Shown piece by piece: positions 39,611 through 47,420 of a stretch of DNA of 64,000 bases. The notes beneath the pieces are model-generated. The model ran no database searches, was not told the origin of the DNA, and was given only the letters and a program-made list of their open reading frames with translations. Position 1 is the stretch's first letter. Each line of letters begins with the position of its first letter. The DNA lies in the NCBI GenBank assembly GCA_964629335.1, contig CAZVRH010000001.1, positions 14,788 to 78,787 on the forward strand, written 5' to 3'. The position numbers and the translations under genes are program-made. The DNA is from an uncultured Woeseia sp. GTDB lineage: Bacteria > Pseudomonadota > Gammaproteobacteria > Steroidobacterales > UBA11654.

Positions 39611-40006
39611 ATGAACAATCGGAAAGTATTATTTCTGTCCTGCATGTTTTTAATGGGATTCCATGGATCCTTATTGCAAGCAAGCAATCATCATGGAAGT
39701 GAATCTAACAAGCCGAGTGGAACCGGTCATTGTACTTATATGTCTGATAACCCGTTTGCTGGAGAACCTTACAAAGCTTGCAGAACCAATGTTTCAGAGC
39801 ATTTTTGTGAGAGCTATTCTGATGTGGGTGACGGCATGGTCAATATTATTGATCCAGTTTATGCAGAAGGTGATTGCCCTAGGGAAGGTTCAGTTGGATC
39901 TTGTGAAAGAGGCGGATGGGAAGAAGTCTATTATGAAGACAGCAACACAGGACCGATGGGAGTCGAATTTGGATGCAACTTTGCAGGAGACTGGTTAACG
40001 CCTTAA
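39611..40006 (+). CDS. secreted Cys-rich hypothetical protein (131 aa, six Cys in mature part)
   Basis: AAGGAG SD at 39597-39602 lies 8 nt before the ATG at 39611; the track start GTG 39602 overlaps the SD. Signal peptide VLFLSCMFLMGFHGSLLQA. No family recognised. Confidence 0.65.
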   Translation: MNNRKVLFLSCMFLMGFHGSLLQASNHHGSESNKPSGTGHCTYMSDNPFAGEPYKACRTNVSEHFCESYSDVGDGMVNIIDPVYAEGDCPREGSVGSCERGGWEEVYYEDSNTGPMGVEFGCNFAGDWLTP

Positions 40007-40076
40007 GATAGCTTTTTTTAAATCCGAACTTCTGTCTCAATCGAAAGTTTAGGTGGTTTAATAAAAAAGTTATCAA

Positions 40077-40703
40077 ATGGTACAACCTGCAAATTTAATA
40101 CATTTAAAATCGAGAAGAATGTCAACTGTGCAATCGGATAATGATAATTCAATTCTAGCGAGGATAGCCGCAGGTGAAAATGGCTCCTTTGAGTTATTAA
40201 TAGAGAAATATGGAAACCTCGTGTGGTCAATCGGTAAAAAATTCCTCTACAGACAATCTGACGTAGAGGATGCTGTGCAAGAGGTGTTTATTGCGATTTG
40301 GAAATCTGCAAATAAATTTGATCCCCAGAAAGCCAAAGAAATAACCTTTGTTTCAATGATTGCCAGACGTCGATTCATCGATCATCTAAGAAAAGTTTCT
40401 AAACATAAGAACCTTGAATCCATCGATGATAAAAAAAGTGGGCATCAACTATATAAAGAATCAATGTTAAATGAGTCCACAGATCTCCAGCTGATAAAAC
40501 AAGCAATTGAAAGTCTGGATATCGATGATCAAGAACTGCTGAACCTATCTATATATCAAGGATACAGCCATTCTGAAATTGCAAAGTTACTGAATTTGCC
40601 TCTTGGGACCGTGAAAACTAAGATCAGGAGAAATTTGATAAAGCTAAAAGGAATTTTTAAAAATAACGAAATCGCAACTATTGTTAACTTGAATAATGTC
40701 TAG
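40077..40703 (+). CDS. ECF-type RNA polymerase sigma factor (alternative start ATG 40119)
   Basis: Sigma70 region 2 (VEDAVQEVFIAIWKSANKFD) and region 4 HTH (GYSHSEIAKLLNLPLGTVKTKIRR). Confidence 0.88.
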   Translation: MVQPANLIHLKSRRMSTVQSDNDNSILARIAAGENGSFELLIEKYGNLVWSIGKKFLYRQSDVEDAVQEVFIAIWKSANKFDPQKAKEITFVSMIARRRFIDHLRKVSKHKNLESIDDKKSGHQLYKESMLNESTDLQLIKQAIESLDIDDQELLNLSIYQGYSHSEIAKLLNLPLGTVKTKIRRNLIKLKGIFKNNEIATIVNLNNV

Positions 40704-41502
40704 AGTAGAGAAAAAAGAAGAAAGACTAATGGATTTACTGGCACTTGAGGCCGTCCAAAAACTGTCAATTGAAGAGCAACAGGAATTAAAAATGCTCCTT
40801 GATTTATTTCCTGAATATACACAGGATCATTTCCATGAGATGACCGCACTGGCTCAGGTTAGTTTTTATACCCAAGACAACTACAATAATGAATCGATTC
40901 CTAGACAAATGCGTAAACGAATTCTTCATGCCTATAAAGCAGAACTTGGTCGGACGACTTTTATGGACCATGTCAATCACTACATGAGGGTCTTTTTCTA
41001 CAAGCCTCAATATGCCTGGACTCTAACGGTACTTATGACTATTGGCTTGTCTTTTTCCATGATTGAATTTAAAGATTACGAGAATAATTTTAAATACTTA
41101 CCACTGAAAAGAGCTGTTCTAGAAATGACGGCTAATGACATCATTCAGTTTCCTTGGTACTCAAGGTCTATTGACCTTGAAGGCATATCGGGCAACATCA
41201 TCTGGTCTGATGAAGGTCAGAAAGGATTTATTAAGCTAACTGGCATGCCAATGAATGATCCAACTCAAAATCAATATCAGGTTTGGATAGTCGATCCATT
41301 GAATCATGAGCAACCTGTGGACGGCGGTGTTTTTGATGTGACGCAAACAGATCAATCGGTGATTATTCCGATTAATCCTAAACTTCCTATTTCAAGAGCT
41401 GTTGGTTTTGCTATTACATTGGAGCAACCCGGTGGAGTGGTTGTTTCCTCTCAACCGATACTGCTAACGGCACCTAAAGAACGCCCTCAAATCACAATCT
41501 GA
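40696..41502 (+). CDS. anti-sigma factor, single-pass, RskA-like periplasmic domain
   Basis: Overlaps the sigma gene stop by 8 nt. Has an N-terminal anti-sigma helix region, a TM segment (WTLTVLMTIGLSFSMI), and a C-terminal YQVWIVDP...GGVF pattern as in the anti-sigma-K RskA domain. There is no HxxxCxxC zinc motif. Confidence 0.7.
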   Translation: MSRVEKKEERLMDLLALEAVQKLSIEEQQELKMLLDLFPEYTQDHFHEMTALAQVSFYTQDNYNNESIPRQMRKRILHAYKAELGRTTFMDHVNHYMRVFFYKPQYAWTLTVLMTIGLSFSMIEFKDYENNFKYLPLKRAVLEMTANDIIQFPWYSRSIDLEGISGNIIWSDEGQKGFIKLTGMPMNDPTQNQYQVWIVDPLNHEQPVDGGVFDVTQTDQSVIIPINPKLPISRAVGFAITLEQPGGVVVSSQPILLTAPKERPQITI

Positions 41503-41635
41503 ATTTATTTTTATTGCTTATTTTGGAGAGTAGGCAGTTATCTACTAATTGCCTTAGGGGACTACAGCTCATAAACTACCTACTCACTAATATTTTCGTA
41601 AAAACATATAATTTAGATGCCCAATTGAAAAACAA

Positions 41636-42592
41636 ATGAAACAGCACTTTAGAAAAATTTTTAGACTCATCTTAGGATTAATCATTTTCAGCTACGCTTC
41701 CCTAATCATTTATGCCTATGTGCCCATGAAAGAAATCCCGAGCAAAGAATTGGCGACCACAGAGGATCGGTTTGTTGAAGTGAATGGTTATGCAATCCGC
41801 TATCGACAATATCTCTCTGATAGAAAGGGTAGTCCGAATCTAATATTGATTCATGGGTTTGGAAATAATTTGAATTCTTGGAGGTTAATCACACCAATTC
41901 TTTCCCAGAGTTACAATATTTATGTCTTTGATTTATTAGGCTTTGGGCTATCAGATAAACCCACGGATTATGATTACACTAATGCTAACCAAGCAAGGAC
42001 CGTAGATAAGCTTGTAAACAAACTGAATCTCGATGCCTTCATTGTTGGTGGCCACTCTTTAGGTGGTGCGATTGCTTTTCACGTTGCGATGAATAATAAA
42101 AAAACACAAGGATTAATCTTATTTAATCCAGGCATCATAAACACAGGCGTTCCTGAGTTTGCAAGATATCTTAACCTGGTGTTCCCTTTTGCGAGAGTTT
42201 CAGCAAAACAATTTGCCGATCGAGAGTTTCGAGAAGCATTTCTTAAACGGTCTTATCATGATCCATCTATTGTTGATAATAAGGTTATGGACGAGATCAT
42301 GCTTGGAACCAGATCGGAGGGTTACCTTAGAGGAACCACCAGTATGCTGAATAAGTTCTATGACGCTAATGAGGCTCAATTGATGCATAAAGTGACCCTG
42401 CCCACACTAATTGTTTTTGGTGTTGAAGATCGCAATAAAACAATGGAGGAAGCTCTAGAATTAAAAAATGGTTTTGTAAATAGTAAACTGGAACTAATTC
42501 AAAATGCTGGGCATTATGTTCATGAAGAATCACCGAAGATTGTGTCTGAGAGTATTATTAGAGAGATGACTTTTCTAGCAAAAAAAAGCTAA
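41636..42592 (+). CDS. alpha/beta hydrolase, N-terminal membrane anchor
   Basis: 318 aa. Has HGFGNN, the nucleophile elbow GHSLGG and a C-terminal GHYVHEE. Confidence 0.8.
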   Translation: MKQHFRKIFRLILGLIIFSYASLIIYAYVPMKEIPSKELATTEDRFVEVNGYAIRYRQYLSDRKGSPNLILIHGFGNNLNSWRLITPILSQSYNIYVFDLLGFGLSDKPTDYDYTNANQARTVDKLVNKLNLDAFIVGGHSLGGAIAFHVAMNNKKTQGLILFNPGIINTGVPEFARYLNLVFPFARVSAKQFADREFREAFLKRSYHDPSIVDNKVMDEIMLGTRSEGYLRGTTSMLNKFYDANEAQLMHKVTLPTLIVFGVEDRNKTMEEALELKNGFVNSKLELIQNAGHYVHEESPKIVSESIIREMTFLAKKS

Positions 42593-42601
42593 GATTAACC
42601 T

Positions 42602-43057
42602 ATGTCTAGAATTGTCCAAGCAGAAATAGAACACCTTAATGAACTATCAAGACTGTTCAACCTCTATAGGATTTTTTATAAGGAGGAAGATAACCTTCAG
42701 GGTGCATATCAATTTATTAAAGAAAGACTAGAAAATGGAGATTCAACCATCTTTGTTTCAAGTAATGATGAGGGAAACCTGGACGGTTTTGTGCAATTGT
42801 ATCCCTCGTTTTGTTCGGTAAGCATGATACCCATTCTGATCCTGTATGATTTATTTGTTGACCCAGACATGAGAGCCGGTGGCATAGGAAGAAATTTAAT
42901 GAATAAAGCAAAAGATTACGCCAGAGAAAATGGTTTCAGTCGATTAGAACTCTCTACAGCAAAAGACAATGTAATTGGTCAAACTTTATATGAATCTCTA
43001 GGTTATGAGGTTGATAATGAATTTCTGCACTACAGTTTAGAGATTAACAAGGATTAA
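42602..43057 (+). CDS. GNAT family N-acetyltransferase
   Basis: 151 aa. Acetyl-CoA motif A: VDPDMRAGGIGRNLMNKA. Confidence 0.8.
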   Translation: MSRIVQAEIEHLNELSRLFNLYRIFYKEEDNLQGAYQFIKERLENGDSTIFVSSNDEGNLDGFVQLYPSFCSVSMIPILILYDLFVDPDMRAGGIGRNLMNKAKDYARENGFSRLELSTAKDNVIGQTLYESLGYEVDNEFLHYSLEINKD

Positions 43058-43067
43058 ATTGATTTAA

Positions 43068-43358
43068 TCAACCGGGGTCAGGCATTCCTTGTCTTACTCG
43101 TTCCCTGTTCTGCTGATCCCTTAAAATTCTTTGGCTTTTTTCTGCCATGGCTTCTTCTTCTTCATTTGTCATACAAATCTCTTTTTTCAGCCTACTCCCG
43201 GAAACCTTGACTTTGCGACAATTACTATTATCTTTTTTTACCGCCTGAGATACTTGAGTTTGATTGGAACTTGTGTTGCTATTTTCTCCAGCCTCTTGGT
43301 TTGTAACGCATCCAATAAGCAAAAGAAATATAGGGGCAATGCTTAATAAAATTTTCAT
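43068..43358 (-). CDS. small lipoprotein, hypothetical (96 aa)
   Basis: The track ORF (to 43475) overlaps the upstream gene, so I start at the in-frame ATG at 43358 (MKILLSIAPIFLLLIGC, lipobox LIGC). The mature part has a C-x7-GSRL-x4-C pattern and a charged C-terminal helix. Confidence 0.6.
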   Translation of the reverse strand: MKILLSIAPIFLLLIGCVTNQEAGENSNTSSNQTQVSQAVKKDNSNCRKVKVSGSRLKKEICMTNEEEEAMAEKSQRILRDQQNRERVRQGMPDPG

Positions 43359-43386
43359 ATTTGAATGATAACAAATTTTAAAGGTT

Positions 43387-44343
43387 TCACGAAGATATAC
43401 TAAACTCAGCAACTCCGCCAAAACTTCTTTTTGGAACTGCAAAACCAGTATCAATTGACCCAATAACTTTTCCATCCTCCAAACTAACTTTTAACATAAT
43501 TCCTGAAAAGATATTTGCAGTAAAAAAGTGTTTGCCGTCAGATGATGGAGTTATTTGAGCTATGCCCCATCCGTGTTCATTTAGGTCAATGGTTTGAATC
43601 ACATGGCCCTGTTCATCTAAGATCTCGATATAGTCGCCCCGAGAATGCAGCAATCTCCCATCAGGTAGATAATTGATTGCAATGGCCACCACCCTATCTG
43701 TCAAATCACCAGGCAGGACCACCAGGTCATCCATTTGCTGATGATTCACAATATCGTATCGCATAACCTTTTTCCCTATTTCAGTGGTGTAAGTAATAAA
43801 TTTTTCACTGGGGTGCATGGTTGAATGGGTGACCCCTTTAAATTGATGAAACTCAGGAGAATAAGCAACATCAAAAATTTCAACCAACTCTAAATCTGAA
43901 TTAAACTTGTGTATATTTGCGTAACCCAATAAATCAAGCCCAGGTAAACGTTTCATGTAACTTCCTGGGTATGGGGTATTCCCGACCAGGGCTTCGCCTA
44001 AATAGATATTGCCATCTTTATCAAACGTTGCGTTTGAAAATGCACGATCTCCAAAATGATAATTTGGCATTTGTTGACCATCTGGAGAAACCCTCACGAC
44101 CACATGATTATGCATATCAAAACCCCATAGAGTGCCTTCTTGGTCAAAAGTTAATCCAATCACTAAATGCTCAGTGCCCTCAGTCCATAGCACGCCTTTA
44201 GGTTGAAGATTTTTGTCATATTGTAAGATTCTTCCATCACCTTTGTGATCATCAGTTTCATCGTTCAAATAAGTACAACCAAGAAAAATGTCCCCATCTT
44301 CAAAAGGTTTCATCGTGTTCTCTTTTATGTTTTCTTTATTCAT
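43387..44343 (-). CDS. hypothetical protein, probable beta-propeller repeat fold, no signal peptide
   Basis: 318 aa. Recurrent ~45-aa blades with the D-x-x-G-x-(I/L)-(W/Y/L) pattern (DQEGTLWGFD, DKDGNIYLGE, LPDGRLLHS, SSDGKHFFTA). The family is not identified. Confidence 0.55.
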   Translation of the reverse strand: MNKENIKENTMKPFEDGDIFLGCTYLNDETDDHKGDGRILQYDKNLQPKGVLWTEGTEHLVIGLTFDQEGTLWGFDMHNHVVVRVSPDGQQMPNYHFGDRAFSNATFDKDGNIYLGEALVGNTPYPGSYMKRLPGLDLLGYANIHKFNSDLELVEIFDVAYSPEFHQFKGVTHSTMHPSEKFITYTTEIGKKVMRYDIVNHQQMDDLVVLPGDLTDRVVAIAINYLPDGRLLHSRGDYIEILDEQGHVIQTIDLNEHGWGIAQITPSSDGKHFFTANIFSGIMLKVSLEDGKVIGSIDTGFAVPKRSFGGVAEFSISS

Positions 44344-44357
44344 GTTTTCACAATTGA

Positions 44358-44380
44358 AGCTATATCGATAATATATAGCT
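44358..44380. repeat. perfect 8-bp inverted repeat AGCTATAT-N7-ATATAGCT; possible operator
   Basis: Read directly in the 75-bp divergent region between the propeller gene (start 44343) and the hydrolase gene (start 44419). Confidence 0.5.
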
Positions 44381-44418
44381 AATATTAGAGTTGATTACAC
44401 AATAGTTAAATAAATTTT

Positions 44419-45387
44419 ATGCTAAAAAAAATCTTTAAACGGGGGCTGATCGCTTTCATTTCTATGCTAGGTATCTTTTTACTGAGCCTTGTATTTGGTG
44501 CTCGTTATCCCATGGATAAAAGTGTTGAGGAAATTGAGGCAAAATACTTATTAAATAGTTCATCGTTTAAAACTATTGACGGTGTAAATATTCACTATAC
44601 TGATCAGGGCACAGGACCCGTAGTTCTATTGCTGCATGCCAACTATGCAAACTTGATTGACTGGAATCCATGGGTTACAAAACTGTCCTCAGATTACAGA
44701 GTTATTAGGCTGGATATCCCTGGTCACGGATTAACAGAGGCAGATTCTTCAAATGATTATTCAATGTCTAGAACGTTGTTTTTAATTGAAAAGTTACTGA
44801 GTTCCTTAGACATAAAAAATTTGAGTATAGTCGGTGCGTCCTTAGGTGGAACGATTGGCATTCATTTTGCTAGCAATAATCCCGAATCGATAGACAATCT
44901 TATTTTAGTTAGCCCAGGAGCACTTAATCCAAGAATCAGGGGGAGCAATGAACCTGCAACAGTACCCAAAGCCTTTGGTTTAATTACACAAATAACCCCA
45001 AGATCATTGGTTAAAGGTCTACTATCAGCAGGTTTTGGAGATCCTGCTAATGTAACTGAGGAATTAATTACCAGGTGGCATGACCTGCTATTAAGAGAAG
45101 GCCAGAGAGATGCTCAAATGGCTAGGATGAAGCAATATGTGTCAGGAGATATTGATGAAGTCATTAGGCGAGTTAAATCGCCTGTGCTGATCATGTGGGG
45201 TAAAAAGAATAAAGTGGTTCCGGTCGAATTAGCTTATGAAATGAAAGATCTCTTAATAAATTCAACTTCCATTGAAATGATTATATATGAATCGGGGGGT
45301 CACCAACTTGTTCAAGAATTAGGTCAGAAGACTGCTGTTGATGTCATGGAATATCTATTACAATCAAACAAAGGAGCTATACAATGA
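44419..45387 (+). CDS. alpha/beta hydrolase, N-terminal membrane anchor
   Basis: 322 aa. Has HANYAN, the nucleophile elbow GASLGG and a C-terminal GGHQLVQE. Confidence 0.8.
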   Translation: MLKKIFKRGLIAFISMLGIFLLSLVFGARYPMDKSVEEIEAKYLLNSSSFKTIDGVNIHYTDQGTGPVVLLLHANYANLIDWNPWVTKLSSDYRVIRLDIPGHGLTEADSSNDYSMSRTLFLIEKLLSSLDIKNLSIVGASLGGTIGIHFASNNPESIDNLILVSPGALNPRIRGSNEPATVPKAFGLITQITPRSLVKGLLSAGFGDPANVTEELITRWHDLLLREGQRDAQMARMKQYVSGDIDEVIRRVKSPVLIMWGKKNKVVPVELAYEMKDLLINSTSIEMIIYESGGHQLVQELGQKTAVDVMEYLLQSNKGAIQ

Positions 45388-46751
45388 AATTATCTATAAA
45401 AGTTCTAATTCTAACAACAACCTTGACCTGCAATCCGGCATTGAGTTCAGAGACTTACTTGGAACTAGGGACATCGATACTTTCGGATTTAGTGGCTATT
45501 GAGTCGACTGCCGATATGGGCCTTGCAACCGAGGTTAGTAGACTTTCAAAAACAATTCTTCTGAAGAATGGGTTTAATAATGATGACCTTAAAGTTACTG
45601 GACCAACGGAGTCTTCTCGAGGCTTATATGCAGTATATAAAGGTAAATCTTCAATAAAACCCATTCTGGTTATGGCCCATATTGATGTGGTTCCTGCGGT
45701 AAAAAATTCATGGGATACCGATCCTTTTAAATTAGAAGAAATTGATGGCTTTCTTCACGGCAGAGGCGCCAGTGACAATAAGGGTGGTGCTGCGGCATTG
45801 TTGACGACTTTTATACGCCTTAGAAAAGAAGGGTTTGTGCCTGAGAATGATATTATTATGCTGTTAACTGGCGATGAAGAAACCGGTATGGATAGTATCA
45901 GATATTTTCGCGATAACTTTGAGTCTGTAAAACTCGCCTCTTTCGCGTTTAATTCTGACGGTGGCTTTATTACCGGAACCATGGAAAACCCTGAAGCATT
46001 CAGATTACAATCAGCTGAAAAAGTATACATGACGGTGAACATGACCACTTCAAATCGTGGAGGCCATAGCTCAATTCCAAGACCAGATAATGCTATTTAT
46101 GAATTAGCTGATGCAATCAAGAAAATAGAAGCATATAAATTTCCAATTAGCTTAAATGAAACCACAAGAGCCACCCTTGAATTTGCTTTAAATGAAGCTC
46201 AAGGAAGTGTTAAAGGTGAAATCAAGGCTATTCTTCAAGGAGACACAGAAACTGAGTTTGATATCGTTAATAATAATTCAGAAATCAATGCTATTTTGAG
46301 AACCACCTGTGTGGCAACCCAGCTTGAAGCTGGGCATGCAGAGAATGCCTTACCGGTCTCTGCAACTGCAACTGTAAATTGCAGAATATTGCCTCACGAG
46401 GATCCTAAAGAAATTTTCTCAACACTGCAAACACTGGTGGGCAATAAGGTTAAAGTGTCTTCTGTTTCAGACTTTCAGAAAAGCCCTGTGTCTCCAATTA
46501 CCCCCGAAATACAACAAATTATTGGTCAAGCTATTGGCAAGGTTTTCCCTAATATGCCGCTGGTTCCAACCATGTCTTCAGGGGCAACTGATGCTCTTCA
46601 TCTAAGGAGTATTGGAATCCCTGTTTACGGGACCAGCGCCATGATGACTGATCCCACTGGGTATAGGGGTCATGGCCTAAATGAACGAATAGAAATTACT
46701 GCTTATAAAGCATCGCTTGATTTTTGGTATGGAATTATGAAACAGTTATAA
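45384..46751 (+). CDS. M20/M25/M40 family metallopeptidase, exported
   Basis: 455 aa with a signal peptide. Has AHIDVVP, GRGASDNKGG and TGDEETG metal-ligand motifs. Confidence 0.85.
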   Translation: MKLSIKVLILTTTLTCNPALSSETYLELGTSILSDLVAIESTADMGLATEVSRLSKTILLKNGFNNDDLKVTGPTESSRGLYAVYKGKSSIKPILVMAHIDVVPAVKNSWDTDPFKLEEIDGFLHGRGASDNKGGAAALLTTFIRLRKEGFVPENDIIMLLTGDEETGMDSIRYFRDNFESVKLASFAFNSDGGFITGTMENPEAFRLQSAEKVYMTVNMTTSNRGGHSSIPRPDNAIYELADAIKKIEAYKFPISLNETTRATLEFALNEAQGSVKGEIKAILQGDTETEFDIVNNNSEINAILRTTCVATQLEAGHAENALPVSATATVNCRILPHEDPKEIFSTLQTLVGNKVKVSSVSDFQKSPVSPITPEIQQIIGQAIGKVFPNMPLVPTMSSGATDALHLRSIGIPVYGTSAMMTDPTGYRGHGLNERIEITAYKASLDFWYGIMKQL

Positions 46752-46754
46752 GTA

Positions 46755-47420
46755 ATGAATGATATAAAAATATACAGTTTCGACAAGTGTCCTTTCGCTC
46801 AAAGAACCAGAATGGTTTTGATTGAGAAGGGTCTTGATTTTGAATTAATTGAAATTGATGTTTATCAAAAGCCTGAATGGTTCCATGAAATTTCACCTTA
46901 TGGAAAAGTCCCGGTGATTGTCCATGAGGGACAGACAATATTTGAATCAGCAATCATTAATGAATATTTAGAGGAAAGGTATCCAGAGGTTGCTCTAATG
47001 CCTTTGGATCATTATCAAAGAGCACGAGCAAGAATCTGGATGGATTACTGTTCAAATTATTATTTACCGGCATGCACGAGGTTGCTCCGTGACCATAAAA
47101 ATGAGGAACTTCAGGAACAAAATCTAAAGAGAATTAGGGACCGATTGCTTTACATTGAAAAGGAATGTTTCGAAAAAAATGAGGACGGTGTTTTCTGGAT
47201 GGGTAATCAAATAACTTTGGTTGACTTACATTACGCACCTTTCTTTGAGCGCTTTAGTGCCTACGAACACTTATTTGATGCTAAGTGGCCTGATGAGTGT
47301 ATAAACATAAGATCTTGGTGGGATGCTATGCAAGAAAGACAAAGTTATTTGGAAACTTTCTTACCGACCGAGTCTCATATAGAAACCTACTCGGAGATGA
47401 TGCAGAGAATAGCTTCCTAA
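46755..47420 (+). CDS. glutathione S-transferase family protein (Cys-type, omega-like CPFA active site)
   Basis: 221 aa. Has a thioredoxin-like N-domain with KCPFAQRTR and GKVPVIVHEG..IFESAIINEYLEE. Confidence 0.8.
   Translation: MNDIKIYSFDKCPFAQRTRMVLIEKGLDFELIEIDVYQKPEWFHEISPYGKVPVIVHEGQTIFESAIINEYLEERYPEVALMPLDHYQRARARIWMDYCSNYYLPACTRLLRDHKNEELQEQNLKRIRDRLLYIEKECFEKNEDGVFWMGNQITLVDLHYAPFFERFSAYEHLFDAKWPDECINIRSWWDAMQERQSYLETFLPTESHIETYSEMMQRIAS

Noticed and set aside
39663-39998. 111-aa same-strand ORF in an alternative frame, almost fully overlapping the Cys-rich secreted protein gene.
   Set aside because: It has no SD and starts 52 nt inside the other ORF. The 131-aa frame has the strong SD, a signal peptide and a regular Cys spacing. 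Chance alternative-frame ORFs of about 110 codons are expected a few times per window.
41574-41600. AAAC...CGTA element upstream of the first hydrolase gene, considered as an ECF-dependent promoter.
   Set aside because: The spacer between the -35-like AAC and the CGT is about 20 nt, longer than the 16-17 nt typical of ECF promoters. The -35 also lacks the G of GAAC.
43359-43475. 39-codon upstream extension of the small lipoprotein ORF.
   Set aside because: The extension overlaps the 3' end of the propeller gene and precedes a perfectly good signal peptide/lipobox that starts at the ATG at 43358.
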